A DNA stretch of 53,190 nt, filler included, from Sphacelaria rigidula (taxonomy: Eukaryota): the NCBI GenBank assembly GCA_964200075.2. It is 2 parts of 2 records of this genome, joined end to end, with 100 filler letters (N's around TTAATTAATTAA, not from the genome) between each part and the next. Parts side by side here need not be neighbours in the genome. Positions count along the whole stretch, not along the records: positions 26,659 to 53,190 come from CAXNAA020000134.1; 1 more part is not named here. One strand, written 5' to 3'. The notes under the pieces are model-generated. The model was not told where the DNA came from, did no database searches, and worked only from the letters and a program-made list of their open reading frames with translations. Positions 36,099 to 46,104 of the stretch are shown here, piece after piece. A program made the position numbers and the translations under genes. Position 1 is the first letter of the stretch; every line of letters begins with the position of its first letter.

Positions 36099-36290
36099 GT
36101 GAGTCTGCGAAACGAATCATGGTGTGTGGGGAACCAGGGGCGATATTCGAACTACCGAGAATTGCGCTAGTCCGCGTCCCATTGGTGTCTTGCGGAACTG
36201 TGTCCCATCCACGTGTCGGCGGGACACATCTGTAGAAACGGTGGGAGACATGATGTGATTGTATACACGCTTGTTTCCAACACCATGCAG

Positions 36291-36362
36291 GCGAGATCCC
36301 GTCGTCGCTCGGACAGCTTGGGAGCCTAGAAGTGCTTGACCTCCGCACAAACCAGCTCCACG
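36291..36362 (+). CDS. LRR cassette exon 5: GEIPSSLGQLGSLEVLDLRTNQLH
   Basis: 72 nt, canonical splice sites. Confidence 0.9.
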
Positions 36363-36554
36363 GTGAGTCTGTTAAGCGAATCATGGTGTGTGGACAACCA
36401 GGGGCGACGTTTAAACTGTCGAGAATGGCGCCAATTCGGGTCACGTTGATCTCGTGTGGAACTGTGTCCCGTCCACGTGTAGGCGGGACACGGTTGTAGA
36501 AACGGTGGGAGACATGGTGTGATTGTATCCACGCTCGTTGCCAACACCATGCAG

Positions 36555-36626
36555 GCGAGATCCCATCGTCGCTCGGACAGCTTGGGAGCCTGACAGCGCT
36601 TTACCTCACCGGGAACCAGCTCCAAG
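36555..36626 (+). CDS. LRR cassette exon 6: GEIPSSLGQLGSLTALYLTGNQLQ
   Basis: 72 nt, canonical splice sites. Confidence 0.9.
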
Positions 36627-36817
36627 GTGAGTTCGCAAAGCGAATCACGGTGTGGGGGAAACAGGGACGATATTCGAAGTGCCGAGAATGGCGCCAATTC
36701 GGATCCCGTTTGTGGCTTGTGGAACTGTGTCCCGTTCACGTGTAGGCGGGACACAGTTGTAGAAACGGTGGGAGACATGATGTGATTGTATCCATGCTCG
36801 CTCCCAACACCATGCAG

Positions 36818-36889
36818 GCGAGATCCCATCGTCGCTCGGACAGCTTGGGAGCCTGCAAAAGCTTGACCTCCGCGGAAACCAGCTCCACG
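36818..36889 (+). CDS. LRR cassette exon 7: GEIPSSLGQLGSLQKLDLRGNQLH
   Basis: 72 nt, canonical splice sites. Confidence 0.9.
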
Positions 36890-37078
36890 GTGAGTCTGTG
36901 AAGCGAATCATGGTGTGTGGAGAACCAGGGGCAATTTTCAAACTACCGAGAATGGCGCCGGTTCGGGCCCCGTTGTTGTCTTGCGGAGTTGTGTCCCGTC
37001 CACGTGTAGGCGCACGGTTTTAGAAACGGTGGGAGACATGATGTGTTTGTATCCACGCTCGTTTCCAACATCATGCAG

Positions 37079-37150
37079 GCAACATCCCATCGTCGCTCGG
37101 GCAGCTTGGGAGCCTGAAAGCGCTTTACCTCAGCGGAAACCAGCTCTACG
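37079..37150 (+). CDS. LRR cassette exon 8: GNIPSSLGQLGSLKALYLSGNQLY
   Basis: 72 nt, canonical splice sites. Confidence 0.9.
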
Positions 37151-37333
37151 GTGAGTTTGCGCAACGAATCATGGTGTGTAGGGAAACAGGGGCGATATTC
37201 GAAGTGCCAAGAATGACGCCAATTCGGATCCCGTTGTTGTTCTGTGGAACTCCACGAGTCGGCGGGACACAGCTGTAGAAACGGTGGGAGACATGATGTG
37301 ATTGTATCCACGCTCGTTTCCAACACCATGCAG

Positions 37334-37405
37334 GCGAGATCCCATCGTCGCTCGGACAGCTTCAGAACCTGTACAGGCTCGACCTTCACACAAACCAGCT
37401 CAACG
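37334..37405 (+). CDS. LRR cassette exon 9: GEIPSSLGQLQNLYRLDLHTNQLN
   Basis: 72 nt, canonical splice sites. Confidence 0.9.
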
Positions 37406-37657
37406 GTGAGTCTGTGGAGCGAATCACGGTGTGTGGGGGCACGGGCGATATTCGAAGTGCCGAGAATGGCGCCGGTTCGAGTTCCGTTGGTGTCTTGCGG
37501 AACTGTGTATCGTCCACGTGTCGGCGGGACACAGCTGTAGAAACGGTGAGAGACACGATGTGAATGTATCCACGCTCGTGTCCAAGAGCATGCAGGCGAG
37601 ATCCCATCGTCGCTCGGATAGTCTAGGAACCTGCAGAGGCTTGACCTCAGCGGAAAC

Positions 37658-38877
37658 TGAAGGCCTCTCGAAGGAGGTGCTCTGGACAGAGGGGAATGCG
37701 TAATAACTCTTCCTTATAAACCTCTTACATCCTTTACTCACTCAGCACCAACCGTGCGAGCTCCACGCGAGCTTCGCCCACATCACCGAAATATGTAGAA
37801 TGCAGGTACAAAACATGAAGTGCCGTTGTTGGGGCGCACAGAACACCTCGTCTCCTATGCGCCACATCTGATGATAACATAATACCTGTCCGCCCCGTAC
37901 CTTTGATATACCGTCAACCTTCCGCGTAATGCACCCGAACTAATTCGAGTGCATGTGCACTAGGGTTCAGGTCGGCAATGTTCTAAATTCTCATAGCTCC
38001 CCTGGTCATATCATCACGCAGGAAAATCTTATTTATATCCCATTAAAGTCAAACAATTATCACAACACAAATGCCGTGAGGCTTGAAAGGTGTGGGCAAT
38101 AGTCAAGCGACAAAGGCAAGCAACAAATAAGTACGCCCCCCTAATCCTATATATCCCTTTCTCATTTTCGGCAGTTCAAGAACCCATCGAAACTCGTGCC
38201 GTGTTTCCTCCATAATCCAATCACAAGAGGATACCTCATAATTCAAGTCCAATACATCAAATAAATATAAAAACTCGCCATTTGCCATGATCTATCAAAA
38301 AGATGATGTTCTCAAATCCACCGACCCCTGACCTCTTTTGTGACCACAGAACCTGTTTGGAAACACTTGAGTTTCATGTCGAAAATCAAACTCAGATGAA
38401 AAAACTACTTCAAACTATGTTGGGATCTCGGTGACTAGAAATCGAGACTGAATCACAACAATCACACTCGAATCGAACTACGGCAACATACACGGTACAG
38501 TACAAAGTGTCATAACGCGATCACCACGTGAGATTCAGTTCATGAGCCTGAATTTTCACGCGGTTTTGATGCGCGCCAGCTGTTTTTACGCAAAATAATC
38601 CCCAACAAATCTCAAAAAGCCTAATGAAGTATGCCAATTACTGTTGCAAATCTGATCCCATTAGTCAAATCACTGCAGTCGGACAGTAAAACTATTAATG
38701 CGCTTTCATTCAAGATCGAATAATTCAAAGCCTTATCCAAAATCAAAATTGCGCAATAATGCATGAATCTACTATCAAACTGATGTGGTCGACAAGTAAA
38801 CACTTGAAATGGCCACATTCGGAGTATACTATACACCAAAACCTATCTCCGGCCTCTGCATTCTTCCATGGTCACGC

Positions 38878-38912
<35 letters not shown>

Positions 38913-41720
38913 CCCCCCCCCCCGCGACGCGGCCCGCGGAGGGGGGGGGGGGGGGGGCGGGGGGGGGNNNNNNNNNNGGAGTAATCAACCCACCAAAACC
39001 CCCCCCCCCCCCCTCCTTTCTTCCCTCGTCCCCCCCCCCCCCCCCCCCCCCCCCGGGTTCATCGGATCGGCACTGCACCCTTGCTCCACTCCATCGGCAT
39101 CGCTCCCCTGCTCCATCCCACCGCCACCGCTCCCCTGCTCCACTCCACCGCCACCGCTCCCCTGCTCCACTCCACCGCCACCGCCCCCCTCCTCCATTTC
39201 ACTGGCACCGACGACGCCACGCGTGAACATGTGTTGCCGACTGTGTTGGTGGTAGCGGCAGTGGTGTTGGCATCAGTTGCATCGGACTCGGAGTCGTTGC
39301 CGATGGCTGCGGTGGTGTCGTGAGAAATGATAGTAGCGTCGGCGCAGTAGTAGCGGGAAAAAATAGGTGTTGTGGTGCGGCGGCGGGTGGAAATGACGGT
39401 ACCGGATGCGCAGCGGTAGTAGAAATATGTCGTCGTGTCGCGGCGGTGAATATAGATGGTGGTGACGGCGGTGCAGCAGTAGCGGGAAAATATAGGTGTT
39501 GTGGCGCGGCGGCGGGCGAAAATGAAGATTGCGGCGGCGCAGACGTTGGAAGCGGCTTGGATTCTATTGCGTGAATCAGCGGCTGCGGGGATGCCGGCGG
39601 GTAGGCGACGGTACTAGTTTCACAACCCCCCCTTCCGACTCCCACGTCGCCCGACCGATGCGTCACTGTCGGAAACATTATCAACTGCGACATAAAAAAA
39701 ACGATTTTTCAGCGATCCTACCCTGCTCTTCAATAGTTCCAACTCAGCATGTGCTGTGTTCACTGTACCGTGAAGGATTTCTGTCTCTATTTCGGACATC
39801 GCAAAAAGCATACCACGCTGGATCTCATAATCCGAGGACGATCTGCGCATAGCGCCTGTTGGCATCGAACTTTGAAATTACCGTACCATACTGTATCTCT
39901 TATGTCTTATCACGTTTGCCTTGCTCAGAAAAAAATGAAGGTGATTCCCCTGACGCCATTCTCAAACTTGTCCACGCCTGTTCGAGGCGAGCTTTCTCAG
40001 CAGTGGAGGAAACAAAATAGTGCCACCCTTCGCTGGGTGAGCCAGATTGCCACATGCTCCACAATGTGGGGTGCGTTATTTTTCCAAGATAATCGTCATG
40101 AACTCGTTGAGCCTTTTCTACTGCCTCGTATTCGTGCTGCCTTTCGAACTCCTCTTCCGTCTCATGAAACACGCGAATAGGTGCCAGTACAAAAAGGGCA
40201 TCACGGCATTTCTCGATGCGGAAGTATCCACACATGTAATAGGAAGCCCCATGCGCCGGGTGCATTGTCGGGGAAGTTGTAGGCCAGTCATGACCAGTTG
40301 AGACCAGGTGTCACTTATGAAATTAATTCACACATATTTTCCCACTCACACACATACACACAGAAAAACACACGCACCGCACGCACTGAACGAAGTGAGG
40401 TAGTCAATCTTAGGGAAATCGCTCAGAAAAACGACACGTCATAATCTCATCTCTTCGCCACGCAAGAAAACATGTGCCCCCCTCAGATACCTACTGCAAC
40501 CATGACATCGGGTATACCTCAAATAAGAGAACTAAGCTCTCATTCGTATTTCCCCTGTACGTCATGATCCAATCTCAATATCCATTACCCTTGCATCCAA
40601 GCCGATGCACAGTTGTAATCCGTGAGCGTAAGTATATTCGATTAACATGTGCACGTGGAACACCCGAAACTTCGAGTTGAGACTCTCCCCTGTTGTCAAC
40701 GATTCGTCCCATGGGTGAATACTGTTGTTGCTGCGTACCCGTACAACGTTCGTGCGGCTCTTTGCCCCTGCATGTAATGATCTTACCTAGTTTCGGGAAA
40801 AACTCGTGGGTTGCTTTGACGATCTCGGTTGTTGACTGTACTAGTCTGCACAGGGTTGCTCTGCGCGCCCGTATCAAAATGTATGGTTCTCTCTCTCTCT
40901 CATACTCTGCAATCGCCTCACCATTTAGCAGCTTCTATGAGTTCCGCCTGCTTCACTTCCATGAGCCGCAACTTCTCTGTTGATATTTTTCTGTGCTTGC
41001 TTCCTTTGTGGTAGCCATTGCTTAACTGTAACTCCGCTCAAACGTATACTCAATCCCTTGTGAAATCAGGTCTATTTCCCTTGTGAGTATACAGCCGAAA
41101 ACATTCTTCGACCTTATGGTATTTGTTTTGCACATCTATCTTGTGATGTGCTTTACTGCACTAGAACGCTGAACGCGCGAGTTCTGCTGCTGTTCTGCTC
41201 AGCTGTATCAGATGCTAACTGCGTAACTTTCAAACTTCTGCTTCAAATTCTTCTCTCGTGCTCGATAGCACTAAAGATAAAACGCTCTGCGCGTGAACCT
41301 CTCTCAAGCTTAAATGCTCCCCTCTGCTTATTGACTGGAATCAGTTTTGCTTCAATCTGACCGGTGGAGCTCTTCGTATCGCTCGCGTAATGAAGGCCTC
41401 TCGAAGGAGGTGCTCTGGACAGAGGGGAATGTTTAATAACTCTTCTGCATTAACCTCTTATACCCTTTGCTCACCCAGAACCAACCGTGCAAGCTCCACG
41501 TGAGCTGCGCCCACACCACCAAAACATGTAGAGTGCAGGTACAAAACATCAAGTGCCGCTGTCGGGGCGCACAGAACACTTCGTCTCCTACGCGACACAT
41601 CTGATGATAACACAATACCTGTCCGCCCCGTACCTTTGATACATCGTCAACCTTCCACGCAATGTACCCGAACTAATTCGAGTACATGTGCACTAGGGTT
41701 CAGGTCGGCAATATTCTAAT
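37658..41720 (-). mobile_element. Non-autonomous/degenerate LTR retrotransposon (copia-like gag remnant, no recognisable pol); LTRs 37658-37993 and 41391-41720
   Basis: Direct repeats of ~330 bp, about 90% identical by manual count. The left LTR is TG...CA with a minus-strand PPT aggggagcta (37994-38003). agcggaaac is duplicated on both flanks (37649-37657, 41721-41729). Frameshifted gag-like peptides on the minus strand include GSPSEGWHYF..AEKARLEQAWTSLRMASGESP (~39930-40050) and SDYEIQRGML..AHAELE, plus a Gly-rich linker and a decayed zinc knuckle CIVYSECGHFKC (~38795-38835). Confidence 0.8.
39075..39195 (+). repeat. 27-bp tandem repeat (~4 copies; GGGGVEQGS on the minus strand) inside the LTR element
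   Basis: Repeating unit ccctgctccactccaccgccaccgctc. Confidence 0.85.
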
Positions 41721-44302
41721 AGCGGAAACCAGCTCAGCGGTGAGTCTGAGAAACGAATCATGTGTGGGGAAGAAGGGGCGATACTCGAACTCCCAAGAAT
41801 GGCGACAATTCGGGTGCCATTGGTGGCTTGTGGGACTGTCCCGTCCACGTGTAGGCGGGACACAGTTATGGGTAGGAATGGGGGCGATTTGGGGTACTAT
41901 ATTCCTGGAAAGTGCAAGGTGAACGCTATATTTCGTCAGAAGAGGTCCGTAATCCAACGAACCGTATCAACGGAAAATGCACGCGTCACCTGAAAATAAC
42001 GATCTGACTCATATGAAATGATCTTTTTTTCTAGTACATTTATTCAAGCCTGGGACTGGTCGGTGTTGAGGTGATTTTGTTCCTCCGGATAGCTCGCTCT
42101 AGATCACTAGGTGTTGGTGCACTAGCTAGTGTCCTGCTTCTGTCTGTACCACTCGGGAAGCACACGCCCTCGGGCTGCCACCACACATTCACCGTCATTG
42201 TGAAAATAACAAGACAAGAACACGAACAGCAGCAGTTGTGGCCGCCACACACCAACGTATCTGCAGCGAAAGGCATGCCTGACCTAGTGCTAGAACAAGA
42301 AAGTACCGAAACTTGGAGACCATGAGCAGCAGCGTTGTGCATGTGAAAACTACTGAGAACGATGTTGATTATTTTGGTCATGGCATGAGTGGAAGGAATC
42401 CCATCTTGTCAGTCGCTTAGGCACGATCTGGTACACTCTGTCCAGATCAACATCTTCAACGTCATTTTTTTTCTGTTTTCAAAATCTCGTACGGGACGAA
42501 GTTGGACAAACGTGACAAAAAACAATTGTGAGGACGACAGAGACGGGATGGATGGTGATAAGGGAGGGGGCAACGCTCCTCAAAAAAGTGAATTGATTAA
42601 TTACCGACTGCGCTCCTTCCCGCCCGTGTAGTGTCCCGTTTCAACAACAAGTTGGCTAAAGTCGCATAGCTCACATGTTATTTGCAGTATGTACAGGCAG
42701 TCACGTGAAACATCGTTGCTCTGCCGACCCGGTCATGCATGGCTCGTGCGTCATCGAAAATAAAACCGCTCTAGACGCCTTGGGTCCTGCCTCGAAACCG
42801 TCTGTCACGGTTCATCAGATTGCTGCATCTCTCCGACATATGCAGCACAGGGCAAGGCGTCATCCACGCGGTATCCAGTACACCCTGAAATCAATCCAAA
42901 GTGGATGACACGATGTCTTCAGCATTATTTAGGCCGTTTCTTCCGGGCCGTTTTTCCTCCATTGGTTATAGTCTGATATGGCAATAACATAATTAGCGAG
43001 GTCGGCTAATCATGCATCGACTATGCTTTTGACAGCGTTTTTTACGAAACCTGCGGACATTTGACTGATGGAACAAAGTCAAACACTTCGTGTATATACT
43101 GAATATATGAAGATCGAAAACATCAATTCCGGTCAGCTGGCATGTTCGAAAACCCTACTCGCTCGATATCACACCATACGACGGTGAGATTCACCTACCA
43201 CGATTGTAAGCATGCGAACAGCAATCGAAACGACGGTTCCCGGTTGGAAGCACCATGTTACGGACAGTTGGTATCGGCGGCCTCTGGCTTGTCCGTGCAC
43301 TAGTTCGTTTTTACTATTGCCTCAATTGCGTAGGTTACCATGATCGCTGTACACACGCTGTGCACGCATCTTCAAGTGTCGGGGAATGAACATAGAACTT
43401 AGCTACGTCAAACAAACATGCGACATACTTATTTATGTATGGTTTGACTGTGTATACTGGCTCACCGTTATCGAACAGCAAAACGTAGAATGATGACCGC
43501 AAACGGTATTCAGCACAAGGGATGATCAGTTTAACGCAGAACAGCTCATCCTGCATGTCAGGGTGTCTTGAGCACAGCTTCAGGGCGATGGTTTTCTCTT
43601 GTGTAGTAGTCTTGACTGCCTCAATACATTCACATAAGCTCGTAGCTCGTTTTGCTCACGTAGAGAGTGAACCCAAGGGGGGCGCCGGTGTTTGGTAACC
43701 ACGGCGCGCAGGGAGGCGTGTCTGTAACCGTTACAAACGGATACCCTCCCTCTCCTTTAGTTAGAATACCCATAGGTCACATCAACTAGCCGTCTGAGCC
43801 CGCCAGTCGAATAGCTGGGTTCATCCTCGTACTACCCTTCCACCATTACGCCGCGTTCCAGAACATTAGTTGGTGCAAAAAAATAACATTGGTCGAAGAT
43901 TCAAGTTGGCGCAAATCGCACGGTTTACATATTGTTTGCAGTATGTACGGGCAGTCACTTAGAACATTGTGGCTCTGCCGACCCGAGCATACATAGTGCG
44001 TAGTCTAAAGTATAAATCGCTCTTCGCGCCTTGGCTTCTCCCCTGGAACCCTCAGACACAGCAGACGGAGCTAACGTGTGACCTCACCCTCTGCAACTCA
44101 ATACATGAAGGGTACTCGCTGTTCAAAGGCGAATCTGCTCTATGTGCACAGTCGTACAGAACGAAGGAGCACCTGATGGCACGCCACAAAGTGAAATGCC
44201 GACATACACTGCTCGCCATAAGGAGAAAAACATGCAGCCCAAAACAAAGCTTGTTGAACGTCGCATAGTTTGCATCTCATTTTTATATTATTCATCCTTT
44301 TG

Positions 44303-44404
44303 GAGCCCATTGACGATTTTTGTTTTTGTGAATCGGCATCATTTTCAGTCATTTTCAAGTCAAAATCATGCCGATTCACAAAAAAGAAAAGCGTCAATGG
44401 GTTC
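44303..44404. mobile_element. ~100-120-bp hairpin MITE (second copy at 47249-47374)
   Basis: gagcccattgacg..tttgtgaatcggcat ... atgccgattcacaaa..cgtcaatgggttc. Confidence 0.75.
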
Positions 44405-44467
44405 GGTCGATAGCATATGCAGACAGTTACTAAATACATGACCACAGTCGCCAGCAGATGTAAGAAG

Positions 44468-44905
44468 ACGGGATCTTACGAACTGGGGATGGATTTTTTA
44501 CTAGGAATGAGAAACCCGGAGAAATAAAATCTTCGTATCCACACCAAATCTTCAAAATATGGTTTCATTCTTTCACCTACTGATAGCTTTTGACAACTAC
44601 TACGCGTCGAAAAAAATATAACCTCGATAACACAAATGTTGGGGTCTTCGGTGGGAAACGAATTTTGGGGAATTCTGGGTGTCCGAACGGACGCCAAAAT
44701 GGTTCCGAAATTGGTGTTTCACCTAGGACCGCAACATTTCGGAGATCGAAATCCAAATTTCTGTGGCATGTATCAGTTATCAATAGCTATTAGTAGGTGA
44801 AGAAAAAGAACCACATTTCGAAGATTTGGTGTGGATACGAATATTTTTATTCTCCGGGTCTCTCATCCCCCCAAAAAGATCCATCCCCAATTTGTAATAT
44901 CCCGT
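44468..44905. mobile_element. MITE with ~120-bp TIRs nested in the 3.8-kb element
   Basis: acgggatcttacgaactggggatggat...tcgtatccacaccaaatcttc...ttcacctact and agtaggtgaa...gaagatttggtgtggatacga...atccatccccaatttgtaatatcccgt. Confidence 0.8.
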
Positions 44906-45770
44906 GTTTAAGGCAGTGCACTCACTAAAATCGCTCTCGACGCCTTGGCTTCTGCACTTGAGTCCTGACACAAAGCAGTCGCCAGCTTTGTCTTTCTTCT
45001 GTGAACTCTCCCTCTATAATTCGACACGTGAAAGGATACTCGCTGTTCAAAGGCGAAACCGCCCTTTGTGCAGAGCCGCACAGAACAAAGCATCGCCCGG
45101 TGGCACGCAACCAAACTGCATGTCGTCACAACTACCTGCTTTCGGCAAGAAACAAACTAGCGCACCGATTTTTGGAATTTTCCATCTTCGACCTCGAAAG
45201 ACGCTACTGACCCTCAACCCAAACGTGCCGATCGCGCAACGCTTCGATCTCGGCAACAGAGCGGGGGATGGGACAGCAGTTGCTTGCGTGCGCTTCCCAC
45301 ACACCCAAGCTAGGTCTCCGAGTAAACTTTCTGCGTTCGCGCGTGATACTGAGTCGCAAAAAAACAAAAAAACTAGCATAAGATGTTATTGGCTTTGAGG
45401 GGGGGGTTCTGGTCCGCTGTTGCGACTTGACCTAAATGTGTAACCAAATTCTCTTGCTGTTGTGTGTATGCGGGGGGCTGTGGAGTGCCGTAGGCTGGCT
45501 TGCTTCCTGTGTCGAGAACCGCGCGATCTTCAATGCTGCAGCTTTCCAATACTTAACCAAGTTAATAAGTGATTATGCATGTGTTCTGTTCGTGATGGTC
45601 TCGGCACAGGTCCGACCATCTACCGACGTGTTCATTATTCCTCCGCGTTATTTTTGACTATAAATTTGGTGTAGATATTTGGTCGTAAGGGCCCCATTCC
45701 TACCCCTAAGTGGTAAGATGCTGGGAGACATGATGTGATACGATCTACGCTCGTTTCCAACACCATGCAG

Positions 45771-45842
45771 GCGAAATCCCATCATCGCTCGGACAGCTTG
45801 GGAACCTGCTTTGGCTTTACCTCCGCACAAACCGGCTCAGCG
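45771..45842 (+). CDS. LRR cassette exon 11: GEIPSSLGQLGNLLWLYLRTNRLS
   Basis: 72 nt, canonical splice sites, open frame. Confidence 0.88.
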
Positions 45843-46032
45843 GTGAGTCTGCGAAACGAATCATGGTGTGTGGGGGCACGGGCGATATTCAAACTGCCGA
45901 CCATGGCGCCAGTTCGGGTCTCGTTGGTGTCTTGTGGAACTGTGTCCCGTCCACGTGTAGGCGGGGCACAGTTGTAGAAACGGTGGATGACACGATGTGA
46001 TTGTAACCACGCTCGTTTCCAACTCCATGCAG

Positions 46033-46104
46033 GCGAAATCCCGTCGTCGCTTGGACAGCTTGAGTGCCTGGAAGTGCTAGACCTCCGCGCAAACCAGCTC
46101 AGCG
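46033..46104 (+). CDS. LRR cassette exon 12: GEIPSSLGQLECLEVLDLRANQLS
   Basis: 72 nt, canonical splice sites, open frame. Confidence 0.88.

Larger units (their letters stand above)
37596..41739 (+). pseudogene. Disrupted LRR cassette exon 10 (37596-37657 + 41730-41739): GEIPSSLG*SRNLQRLDLSGN/QLS
   Basis: In-frame TAG at 37619-37621. The 62-nt and 10-nt halves (72 nt total) are separated by a 4.06-kb LTR element. Donor gtgagt at 41740. Confidence 0.9.
41869..45706. mobile_element. ~3.8-kb non-autonomous TIR DNA transposon inserted in LRR intron 10; contains nested MITEs and internal degenerate duplications (~42665-42790, 43915-44210, 44905-45125)
   Basis: Left end tgggtaggaatgggggc (41869-41885) and right end gccccattcctacccc (45691-45706), with TA on both flanks. 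The LRR intron consensus stops at 41867 and resumes at ~45722. No transposase ORF was recognised. Confidence 0.7.

Noticed and set aside
35117-37657. CRISPR-like or satellite interpretation of the regular repeat array
   Set aside because: Units are ~263 bp with splice sites and LRR-coding exons, there are no unique spacers or cas genes, and the context is eukaryotic.
35037-37741. Long repetitive ORFs in the ORF track (e.g. 35329-35856 -, 35926-36444 -)
   Set aside because: They are by-products of the tandem repeat. The spliced 72-nt LRR exons explain the region better.
37860-37880. Hammerhead ribozyme (CTGATGA) in the 330-bp direct repeats, suggesting a retrozyme or Penelope element
   Set aside because: There is no conserved GAAA and no flanking stems in both copies. 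TG...CA ends, a PPT and gag remnants fit an ordinary LTR element.
38878-39060. Poly-C/poly-G tracts and Pro/Gly-rich ORFs
   Set aside because: They flank a 10-N gap (38968-38977). They are probably low-quality sequence of a GC-rich gag linker, not a gene.
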